From Lingula anatina (Eukaryota > Animalia > Brachiopoda), in the NCBI GenBank assembly GCA_051362555.1, contig CM120640.1, positions 69,046,788 through 69,110,787 of the forward strand: a stretch of DNA of 64,000 nt. The letters are read 5' to 3'. Each line of letters begins with the position of its first letter. The first letter of the stretch is position 1. Positions 44,762 through 55,960 of the stretch are shown piece after piece. The notes beneath the pieces are model-generated. The model had not been told where the DNA came from and ran no database searches. It worked only from the letters and a program-made list of their open reading frames with translations. The translations under genes were made by a program, and so were the position numbers.

Positions 44762-47700
44762 ATGGCGGATCTGTCTGGCACGGACGATACAAGTTTGGAT
44801 TTAAATACAACCCAAGAGTCACAAGATGAACAACCCAGTCAAAATGGAGACCAACCCAAAGAAAGGAAAAGGTAATACACCTGCTGTAGTTATATTTAAG
44901 GCAGTTAAAGCTGACTTGATAACAATAAAAAGCAACTGGATTTTTGAAAAACCACGTGGGGCCGGTCGACATTTAGTGTTGATCTTTTGTTTCATTCTGT
45001 TAGGGTTTCCCATTCTGAAATCGTGTGAGGGGAAAGTCTTGTTTCTCTTTTAAGTGCAGGTGAACTTTGGTTGGTGTCTGAACTGATTTAAGTAGTTTCA
45101 TTTGCTCGAAATAACTACTTTTATGACTATTTTCGATTTTTGCTTTGTGTAGTTACACAGAAGGCGTTGACACAAAAAACTGATATCGAAACTACTGTTA
45201 TCATTTGATTTAGTGGACCACTATATAAATGTTAACTGTGGTTATTCCATTTACTGGACCACTATGTGTATATATAAAAGTAAACTTAAGCTGGTCAAAG
45301 ATTAAAAATTTTGTGAAAAAGTTGAGGCCAAGATTTCACCTCAAATATTAAAAAAAAACTTTCTATTGGGTTTCCCATTTGGAAATTGTGTGAAAAGAAA
45401 TTCTTGTTCCTTCTTCTGGCATCAAGTAGAATACAGTAAAGCTGATGATTGTAGGAGTATGTTGGAAACAAGTGGGAGCTGCTAATCTGATTGCATTCAG
45501 CACAAGTCCCAGTGGAGTTTGAACTACCTAGTATCACGCTCGGCTGTCACCTTGATTGGATAGTAAACGATTGTCGTAAAATCGCTAAATGATATTAAAA
45601 CCGGGTGCATAAACTTGAAAACCACCTACAACAACCTTGGACTGCCACATTAATCCAATACAATGCAAACATAAACTATAACAAGTGGTTAAAGCCTTTA
45701 AACCGAATGTCGTAAAGTCCCCATATACCTCCATAGAGACAATAAAATAGAATAAGCTTCTGAAACAAGAAAAATCCAGTTCCAACATAATAATCGAAAT
45801 AAAATACTGCCGGGCATCGGAGCGGCCTAAAACTTGGCACGCTTACCGCTAATACTGCAGGCTACATCATCCCGTCGCTCGTTTGTAAATTCCGTGCATG
45901 GCATACGCACAATCAAACCGTAAAAAACAAATTCTCGGGGTGTCGTTGGCCAGGTCCACTCTAACCTACCATTACGAAAAAGAAGCCATGCCATTGGACA
46001 ATGCGACCTCTGCGGTTACGTCATTTCCTGAATTGGATTGTTGAGTGGACCTGGCCAACGACACCCCGAGAATTTTTTTTTTACGGTTTGATTGTGCGTA
46101 TGCCACGCACGGAATTTACAAACGAGCGACGGGATGATGTAGCCTGCAGTATTAGCGGTAAGCGTGCCAAGTTTTAGGCCGCTCCGATGCCCGGCAGTAT
46201 TTTATTTCGATTATTATGTTGGAACTGGATTTTTCTTGTTTCAGAAGCTTATTCTATTTTATTGTCTCTATGGAGGTATATGGGGACTTTACGACATTCG
46301 GTTTAAAGGCTTTAACCACTTGTTATAGTTTATGTTTGCATTGTATTGGATTAATGTGGCAGTCCAAGGTTGTTGTAGGTGGTTTTCAAGTTTATGCACC
46401 CGGTTTTAATATCATTTAGCGATTTTACGACAATCGTTTACTATCCAATCAAGGTGACAGCCGAGCGTGCCTAGTATGATACTTTCATCGTGAACCAGCC
46501 TTCGACTATACTCTCTAGTAAGCATAAGAATAAACTGAATTCCTTCAGTGATTAAGGCTGGTCATATGAGCTTATTCCTTAAGATACTATTTAAATTGCT
46601 TAAATTACAGATCAAGATCTCCTGTAGACCGTGATAAGAAAAGAGAAAGATCAAGCTCAGGTACACGTGAGCCAAAGTCGCGGCGAAGGAGTAGAGCTGG
46701 TGCAGGTGGAAAGGAAGACAAGAGAGTTCTTATCACAAACATTCCATTTGAACTGACTTGGCAGAAGTTGAAAGATCTTATTCGGGAGAAGTGTAAGTTC
46801 TGTCTTTGTTGCTCAAAAATTCAGCACAAGCAACTATTCCACAAAAGCAATTTATTTCTGAAGATCTATAGGTTTGAGTTACTGTGAAAAGTCTTAGATA
46901 TCTGATTTTCATTAAAATTATGCTATTATTTAAGTCAATCACTTAACTAATGCATATGTCAAGAAGTGCACATCAGATTAATTTTTTTCTTTCATTTTTA
47001 TTATTATTATTATTTTTTTTTTTTTGAAAATTTGTAGTGGGAGATAGTGCTGTGAAAAGAGTAGAGATTTTCTCAGATGAAAATGGGAAGTCCAAGGGAG
47101 CTGGGTAAGTAATACTCCTGTCATTTTCACCATTGTAATCTTAAACTTTTTTTACAATTTCATGTGTACAAATTATTGTGTACATAAATCATCAATTTTT
47201 AACTTTTGAATAATTAAATTTCATAGATTATTTATTTTAGATAATTTTAACCATTATGTTAGGCTGGCAGATATGCGTGACTATGACATGGCCACGAAAG
47301 CTATTGAGGTATTGAACAAGCATGTTGTTAGTGGGAGGAAAATCATTGTCCGAGAGGTCAGTAACTTCTCACTTACACAAAAAGTTAACAGATAAAGACA
47401 ATTTAATCAGGCAATATATGGAGTGTTACAAGGACTTTTTTGTTTGTTCAGTATTATTTCTAGGTGCAAAAGATATGTACTGTAATTTTTATCAATAAGC
47501 CAGTTCTTGTAATTTGGATGATGTTATTTTCTGTCTTAAATTGAAAAATGATGTTGTTTTAGCTTACTGAGAAAGACATCCGTCGCTACATGCCCTCTCA
47601 GATGGGAGTTGGGAACATGGGCGGTGGAGGAATGGGAGGAGGAGGAGGAGGAGGAATACTGGGAGGAGGAATGGGAATGGGTGGGGGTATGGGAGGAGAC

Positions 47701-50700
47701 ATGATGGGAGCGGGAAATGCTGTTAACCCCCAGTTGTTGCAGTCCCTTGGGATCGAAGGTCCTGTTACCAACTCAGTATTTGTTGCCAATGTAAGTATGT
47801 GAAAATAGAGTCAAGCAGATTGTATCTGTATGTTTTTATTTTTAAAAAGTTGTAAAATTCTTTTACATTGGGTGCAAAAGTATTCATTAAAAATAGTGAT
47901 GTGATAATGAAAATTTGTTGAATCACATGTAAAACTGTTGGAATAATATGTCAACTTTTGTATCAGTTTGTTAATTATAGGAAAAAGATTAATTACATTT
48001 GAGTGTGCAATCAGGAAAAGTCTTAATACTATAATGAAAAACTACTAAAAAAAGAATACAATTTACATGGAAATTTGTTGAAATAATAATAAAATAAAAA
48101 TTTTTGTTTTGTAGCTTGACTTCAGGGTGACATGGAAGAAACTAAAAGAGATATTTCAGATGGCTGGCAATGTGGTCAGGGCAGAGATCAAGGAGGATAA
48201 GGACGGGAAAAGCCGCGGCATGGGAACAGTGCAGTTTGAACTACCTTTTGAAGCAGTGCAGGCTATTTGTATCCTTTTCAATGTAGACTATGAAAAAATA
48301 AGTTATTTACATTGCAACAATGTGGAAGAGGGCTGTTCTTAATTTTGATAGAATTACAGTTCACATTTGAAATGGAAGTAATAATGCCTCAGCCTTATCA
48401 GGAAGCCATCTTCTGATGAGCTGTCACTGAAGTCAAACTCCAGCATGAGATTTAATGATAACTCCATATTAATTTAAATTGATGATCTGGAATAATCCTA
48501 CATTCACATCACTTACATTTTGCTACTTAGTGAGTTTTTTATTCCCAAAAATTTTTGACTTTTCATGTAAGCCAATGTTGTGATTCCTTAACTTTCACTT
48601 AGCTATGTTTAATGGTCAAACTCTTTATGACCGAGCTATGACAGTTAGAATGGATAAATTGAATGATTCCATTCCTCCACAACAGCCAAGGCTGCCAAGT
48701 AAGTGTACCTGGATGCTCAGGATGCCCCTATATACCAGGTTACTTTTATAAGAGATTGTTTGCTGTTAGCACTGTACTACTTAAGAAGATAGAGGACTGT
48801 TGATTCACAATTTAGTAAAAATTAAGGATTGGACAGAAATAATGATACTTTCCAGTCTTGTTATGTCTTGAGGTATGTCAGTAAGAGAAGTATTTTGTTT
48901 TACCAGGTGGTTTGAAGGGCATTGGTATGGGTCTAGGCATGGGAGGAGCTCCAATACATGGACAAGGGGGACAGATGGGAAGTAAGTAAAGATTATCTCA
49001 ATTATTATATTTTACTATATTTTATTTTAAGAGTTTTGATATGTTTTTTTTTTCTTTTTAATTTTCTTGGCCAGTTATTTCTAGTGAAATCAAAACAAAG
49101 TGATTATGTCCTTAGCGTGTGTCCCATCAGACCTTTCTGAGCTTTTGTTTTAAACTTTTCTTGTCTCCCAATTTTCTTTTTGCTTTTAGTTCAATTTTTC
49201 TACACTGATGTGGAGAATAGGCCTCGAACTGCAGCTTTTGTGTGATTGAGCAATGCAGAATTAACTCGTAATTTTTCATATGATTACAACTATTTGGTGT
49301 AAATATTTTTGAAACTTTTTTTCAGACATGGGTATGGGAGGAATGGGATCTGGAATGGGAAGTGGAATGGGCAACATGGGTAAGTGATCAATTTAAGACA
49401 GTTTTAGTTCTACTTGTTCTTTGTTTACTGTTGAAAACTGAATTTTTATGTACAGACACAGATGTGTCTGTACATATTGCCATCGCCTGCGTCTGTCGTC
49501 GCCGATGCCGATGGCGATGGCGATGCCGATGCCGATGCCGATGCCGATGCCGTGCACTTTCCTTGTAAACACGATAAGTGGAGGGCAGTTTTACTTTTTG
49601 TCATTATATTTACAGAGCTGGTGAATATTCATAAAACGCAGGTCAAGTTCGAAAATCAGCATGATCGGGCCATTATTGTAGAAGTTATGCTGTTTTTTCA
49701 CTTTTCAGCATATTTTTCACATTTCCTCAGATTCAATTCTTAGGCATGTTAACAGTCTCATTATTAAACTAATAAGATACGTAAAAGTTTTTGTTTGACA
49801 TTTCCTGCATCTTTACAACATTGTTAGTTGATTTTGTAAAAATGATGGTAAACTTGTTATCGTGTATTGTGTAATGAAGTTTCAAAAATGGAAATAAACT
49901 CATATCATTGCAGTTTGTCAGATTCAATCATTCACTATGTTCAGAATCTCAGAATGGAAGAAATTGGACATTTAACACTGCTTTATTGATATTTTTCCCA
50001 TCTCATCAATTTTCTTAGTTGATCATATAAAAATGGCAGTAAACTGTTAATTTTGTTTTATGTTAAAAATTGTTAAAAATGGGAAAAAAAAACATTTCAG
50101 AACAGTGCTGTCTTATTTACATTTTGGCATATTCAAGTTGTGACTTTGAAGTTCCATGGGCCTGAAGACCTTTGCTAGTCACATTTTCTGAATATCCATG
50201 ATACTAATATTTTATTATTAAAAATTGATGGTCATTATGCTGTTAAACATTATGTAATATTGCATCAAAATTTGAAAAAAACCTACTTTGGGCACTGCTC
50301 CCATGATGACCATTTAAGAAAAACCATGTCACTTACTGTTCTCAAACAGTACAGTAAATATGTACAGATGTGTCAAAAATGTGTCTGTACATATTGCCAT
50401 CACCTGCGTCTGTCTTCGCCGTCAGCACCTTCACCGCCGTCACCAGCGCCTTGCACTTTCATTGTAAACATGATAAGTGGAAGGCAGTTTTACTTTTGGG
50501 CTTTATATTTACAGAGCTGATGAATATTAATAAAACGCAGGTCAAGTTCGAAAATTAGCATGATCGGGCCATTATTGTAGAAGTTATGCTTTTTTTTCAC
50601 TTTTCAGCATATTTCACATATTGGCATTTTCAAGGTGTGACTTTGAAGTTCTACATGCTTGAAGACCCATGCTAGTCACATTTTCTGAAAATCCATGATA

Positions 50701-52907
50701 CGTATATTTTATTATTAAAAATTGACGGTCATTATGCTGTTAACCAATATGTAATATTGCATCAGAATAGAAGAAAACAATTATGGGTGCTGCTGCCATG
50801 ATGACCATTATTGGAAAACCATGTTATTTATGATTGCCAAATGTTCAAAAAAAGAAACACAGGACTAAAATGCAGCCTGGGTTGGAAAAGTAGTCTAATT
50901 GGCTTCTTTTTCTTTAAGTTATACATTTTCAAAGTGTGAACTTGAACTCCCATGGGCCTGAAGCCTTATGCTTGTTACATGTTTTACTTACATTGGTATT
51001 ACCTGTTGAGCATAATTAAAATTTGATGTTGAATTTGCAGTTTAACATAATGTACTTTTGCATCAGAATTGACAGTAGCCTATTTTATGCATAGTTATTT
51101 CCTGCTTTTTGTCTGTACATTTGACAGCTTTGCTGCCTTGTTTGTGTTTCCCCCTTGAACCCAGCTTGAAATTTATATTTATATCAGCTCCACAGCTGTT
51201 TCACAAAAAAATTTACAATAATTGTTATTACTTTCTTTTGATCCAGGTGGCATGGGCAATATGGGCATGGGAGGCGGCATGGGCAACATGGGTGGAGGAA
51301 ACATGGGCATGGGCTCTGGGATGGGCAATATGGGAGGAATGGGGGGTGGTATGAGTAACATGGGAGGAGGAGGAGGCATGGGCAACATGGGAGGTGGCAT
51401 GGGGAGCGGCATGGGCATGTCTGGAGGTATGGGGGGTATGGGGATGAGCAACATGGGCATGGGCAGTGGGATGGGGGGTAACATGAACAACATGGGGATG
51501 GGAGGTGATATAGGTGGAATGGGCAACATGGGCAGTGGCATGGGTGGTCTGTCAGACATGATTGGAATGGGTGGTGGGTCCAGTGGGTTAGGAGACAGCA
51601 TGGGCTCTGTGATGTCAGGCATGGGTGGATCCGGCAGTTACATGGGCAGCAGTGGGCTTGGGGACAGTGGACGTTATGGCAGCAGAGATGGTGGGCGGCG
51701 TGACCGAAGCCGTGACAGAGACCGTGGGGACAGAAGAGGCGACAGAGGCCGGGATTATGGCCGAGATCGAGATGGGAGAGGAGATGGAGGGAGCAGGGTG
51801 AGAGCTGGACAGGAAGGATGCTCAGTTATTGTCAGAAATGTGAGTATTCTGACTTACATAAATTAATTAACCAATCTCTTTTTAGTTCAGATCTTGAATT
51901 TGTAATTACTGGTGCACAAACAAATTTCTCAAAGTTAATGAGTGTAATTTTAATGAGTTTAAATTATAAATGGTTGATGTATCTTAAGGATTGGTTTAAT
52001 TGCTTGTTTGTTTCTTTTTTATAAGCTGCCTTTTAGCGTTGACTGGCAACAGTTGAAAGAACGATTCAGAGATGTTGGTAAGTATTGGTAGTTTAACATA
52101 TATGTAAATTAATTTAAAGGGATAATAACTTCATATGGGGTCTATATTTCACAATAAAAACATTGTGAATAAATCATAGAAATATAATATATTCTGTTTT
52201 ACGACAAAAACAGGAGTTATAGCTATTATTCTGATATCTGAACTAGTCTTCAGACCACGTGACCTCCATTGATGGCTATACTCTGTTATAATCTCTTAAG
52301 AGATTTTAACAAAAAACCAAACTTTTTAGAAAAAAAAAACCAGGGACTTACTTTGAATGTAAAAATGGATTCATTAACCATTGGTAAGCATGGGAAAACT
52401 ATTGTTTACTCCAGGAAAATTCATTTTTTGGCCAAAACAAAGAGTTATTATCCCTTTAAATGAAATTTGAAAAGTAAACTATGATTTAAGCAGTTCATTT
52501 TTTTTTTGTCCCATATTGATAGCCAGTATTGCATGCGTTACAAAGGTGTCATGATAATTAGCTAGAAAGTGGAAAATGTTATAGATTATGATAACTTATT
52601 TCTTCATGTGTTATAGGTGATGTCAAGTTTGCAGAGATCAAGATGGACAACGGCAAGTCCAAGGGCTGGGGTACAGTCCGCTTCAACTCGCCCACAGACG
52701 CTTCGAGGGCAGTCAGTATCCTTACAGTAAACATAGATCTCTCACATTTGATGCTGTTATTATTTAGACTTTTAGTTCCGTCACAGGGTTTGTTTTATTG
52801 AAGAATAACATAACAGTGTGATAGAAGTTTTCCTTGATAATTGCCCAGATTTGATGGATGGAGCCCTTGTTGAAGGACGTGAAATCTCGGTCCAAGTCTA
52901 TGTTTAA
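44762..52907 (+). CDS. MYEF2: Myelin expression factor 2 / hnRNP M family RNA-binding protein (3 RRMs, Gly/Met-rich linker), 13 exons, ~620 aa
   Basis: Exons: 44762-44871, 46611-46792, 47038-47104, 47263-47356, 47563-47790, 48115-48268, 48603-48698, 48907-48981, 49326-49379, 51247-51839, 52026-52077, 52617-52715, 52849-52907, totalling 1863 nt in frame. RRM1 RVLITNIPFELTWQKLKDL. RRM2 SVFVANLDFRVTWKKLKEIF...KSRGMGTVQF...AVQAISMFNGQ, followed by LPSGLKGIGMGLG. RRM3 VIVRNLPFSVDWQQLK...KSKGWGTVRF. Confidence 0.93.
45535..46469. mobile_element. Foldback element with 427-bp TIRs and 8-bp TSD in MYEF2 intron 1
   Basis: 45535-45961 is the reverse complement of 46043-46469 (two mismatches seen), with an 81-bp spacer. 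CCTAGTAT lies on both flanks (45527-45534, 46470-46477). Termini are CA...TG. Confidence 0.95.
48269..48602 (+). other. U12-type (minor spliceosome) GT-AG intron in MYEF2 RRM2
   Basis: Donor GTATCCTTT and branch site TTCCTTAAC at 48584-48592, close to the AG at 48601-48602. Splicing restores AVQAIS-MFNGQ. Confidence 0.92.
49443..51142 (+). mobile_element. Composite Helentron/HINE (DINE-1/pearl-like) element in MYEF2 intron 9
   Basis: The 5' end has a T-run, subTIR ATGTACAGACA, its immediate inverted copy and a (GCCGAT)n microsatellite. A second head starts at ~50360, and cores repeat near 50140, 50637 and 50935. The 3' end has subTIR TGTCTGTACAT (51110-51120), a short hairpin GACAGCTTTGCTGCC and a T-rich terminus. 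Confidence 0.8.
52118..52455. mobile_element. Kolobok-like MITE with TTAA TSD (MYEF2 intron 11)
   Basis: TTAA|AGGGATAATAACT...AGTTATTATCCCT|TTAA. A related copy lies at 62520-62857. Confidence 0.85.
52716..52848 (+). other. U12-type GT-AG intron in MYEF2 RRM3
   Basis: Donor GTATCCTTA, branch-like TTCCTTGAT ending at 52838, AG at 52847-52848, and no polypyrimidine tract. Splicing gives ASRAVN-LMDGALVEGREISV. Confidence 0.85.
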
Positions 52908-53300
52908 GATGGTAGTGTATATAAAAGAGACTGAACTGATAATTGGCTTTGCTTTGTCGGATCCCGACTTCACTTGATCCACTGGTTGTTGTTAGAATAG
53001 TTTTATTTTGTTCAGGTCCCTCTTGGTCCAGTGGTTTTGAGGAAGCCATCTTTGGAGACTATTTGGTTTTATTTTAAAGACAGAACCTAGAGTGGTCTAG
53101 ATGTCAAATATCCAGTCGTCATGTTGAACTTAGAAGTTATGAAAGGACAGACATTTGAAATATACACCAGATCTTTTGGAAGCTGGTTCCTCTGTATCGG
53201 AGGAATTAGATAGTGTATTCAAGATGCTGTAATTTCCTGGCACAAACTGGTGATTTTAATTATTTTACGTTGTACAGAAATGTGTGTCACATATATAGAG

Positions 53301-53306
53301 AATAAA
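53301..53306 (+). terminator. Candidate proximal polyadenylation signal of MYEF2
   Basis: First AATAAA I see after the stop codon, about 390 nt downstream, followed by GT-rich sequence. Confidence 0.5.
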
Positions 53307-55960
53307 GCTTTACATTATATATAAGTTCTTATCAAGTTGTTGGCAGTTGTAGTGAGTAGTGCCTTGTATTGGACCAGTTTGCAAAGTCCATTTTCATGTT
53401 TCTGATCTTTCACCATCTTGTTTTGGGTTGTGTGTGTTTGACAAAGCTTTGCGTAATTTACATTGGCTTCATTTTTAAAGCCCAATCCAAGATAATGACT
53501 TTTCTCTTCCTGAAATGTTTAGCGCCATTCAGTTTGAGTGGGGGCTAGAACTACAGTTGTTTGATGAAATGGCAACCTTGGTCATTTGTATGTTTTGGAA
53601 GGTAACGGGAGTTTTGTTTTTTTTTTCCATTGCATTGACAAGTCTGTCATCAAGGATGGGTTAAAAAAGGTTCATTACTGCCCCACTTGCACCAATGTAT
53701 GCCCACATGAAAAGTGGTTGTTATCACTGAAGAGTTAACTTGAAATCTTAACTTGGACAATATAAAATGATCATCAAAATGAAGAAGCTTGACCAGTTGT
53801 ACAAGCAAGAAAATGTCGACAGCATCAACATTGGTTATTTCCAAAGGTCTGTCGACTTATTTTGATGTTATTTGACACCCTTTGGTTTTGCTGAGAATTC
53901 TCTGCTCACACAGTGGGGTGGTGAAAGAAGACTGCAGCTTCAGTCTCTAGGCTTTATAAACTCTTTGGTGTTTGAAGTTAACCAGAACAGGATACGTGAA
54001 TGAAAATGTTCCAAAGTGTTCCAAGTTGTGATAGTTTTCTATATTACCAGTGTTTTGCTACACTTTAAAAAAGACAGTTCCTGTACCTCTGTCATAGTTT
54101 TCAGTATTTTCAGTGTAACAGTTCTTTTTTTTCATTATTTAGATGTCTTTGACTATTGAAATGATTTTGTATCCTAATTAATATGCTTTCTTGCTGTTAC
54201 ATCTTTGTGCATTGTTTTGACCCTGAGTGTTCATAATGTTTTTACTGTTTGTTAGCACAGTTTAAATAACAATTAAGTTTCATTTTAATATGGACACTCA
54301 CTTCAGTGAATACATGGCAGCTCAACTGCTTTTTGCTAAAGGAATAAGCCCATTACTTTGTCTTTGATTATTTTCTTATCAGGCTTATGTTTGTAATTTT
54401 GACAGTTAAAAGAACAAAGTAGGTGCTTGTAGGAGACCAGATTGTTCTTACTGTTGATAATTTACTTTATATATCAGAGAAGATGGATTGCTTTTTGACA
54501 AGAGAGTGGTATACTGTTTTTGTAATCTAAGGAAGTTTCGTAATTTCACTTGTACTATTAATTTTCAGATGTGAATGGCATGAAGTGCTGAAATTTGCTC
54601 AATGGTTGTAGCATAGCGCACATGGAGCAGTTTTTATGATTATGTTGAAACATTGTTGGGGATAAGCTCTATTAACATTTGTATATAGTTTTCACACTAG
54701 TTGTCAGGAATTATCATCACCCGGAAATTTATTTTTATCACTGAATTTGTAATCTGACTGATTGAGTGTATTGTTTAATTTTGTGACTTTTTATCAGAGT
54801 ATGTTGCAAGCACAGAGTGGAAGAAATTGTGCCTTTGAAAATGGGGCCCCCAGCAGTGTTAATTGAATGAAAAGATTTTCATCAGTAGATCGGAAAGCTG
54901 TCACCTGGTTCAAGAACATTGTATGTCTTGCTGTGTGCTGGTCCAGATTCCTTTTAGGCTCCTCATGGCATAGATACAGGTCTTCCATATTAATCAGCAT
55001 ATGCTGAGTGGTGAGGTGCATGCTACCATTGGCGATTTAAATATTTTAAGATTCCTGTCCTGTATTAGACAACAGTGTGTCCAGTTTCAAGGAGGGTCAG
55101 TGGATGGAGAGTCCAGTGTGGTCATGTCCAGCTCTGGTTTGTATGTCCACTACCTTGGTCATCTGTCTCTGTGTTAAAGTGTTGTAAATCGCCTCCTAGT
55201 TGCAGTTCATGGTAAGGAAGTGGGTAAATATGGCAAGTTTGGTTTTTTTATTTACACATATTGCTAGGCTGAAATATATTGTTGGCAAGCTTTTCTCAAT
55301 GTTTATCCAGATTTGGGCTATTGACATTTCTGTTACAATATTTTGATTTTGAGGTTTCATGGAAAAACCCATTCCTGCAGTTCAGTTCATTGTGGTTTCT
55401 TGAATTTGTCCGGATGCGTAACGTTTCATATTGTCCGATTGTATTTGGCCTCTTGTACAATTTATAAAAAAATTAATTAATATCAGATGTAAAGTATTTT
55501 TAAAAAGAAACTTCAAATAATCAAGAACGTGGCATAGATTGAAGTGGCTGAAAATATGTTTTCTATTTTGCCAGGAAAGCAAGTAAGGATGATAACAGCT
55601 GATAAACCATTGGTTTAAAATTCACATACTCTGCAGTGCCGAAATTGGTAAGTTTAAAAAAAAAATTCTGTAAATATTTCAGATGAGCAATCAAGGTGCC
55701 TGCAAAAAGACTACTTAAAAGCCATCTCTACTGCAGTAGGAACTTGTTTCTGAACCGAGTTGCTTCATGGTAGCTGTTGCTTATCATTTAGAAGTTGTAC
55801 TTTATGTACTTCAGTTTATTGCAGGGCATCCAGTTTTGGTAAAACATGAACATTGGGTAGGGACTTTGCATGAGGCAGTTTTAACATTAGCAGATCTCTC
55901 AAACTTCACATCATTCTGCTCAAATATTAACTAAAAGGGTGAACTTTGCTATGAAATATA

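Noticed and set aside
45585-46419. Two identical 67-aa ORFs on opposite strands
   Set aside because: A by-product of the foldback arms, with no transposase or THAP motif.
48400-48500. Possible C/D snoRNA (TGATGA and CTGA) in the first U12 intron
   Set aside because: Box spacing is wrong and no terminal stem was seen.
51179-51622. 147-aa Pro/Met-rich minus-strand ORF
   Set aside because: Antisense shadow of the Gly/Met-rich MYEF2 exon.
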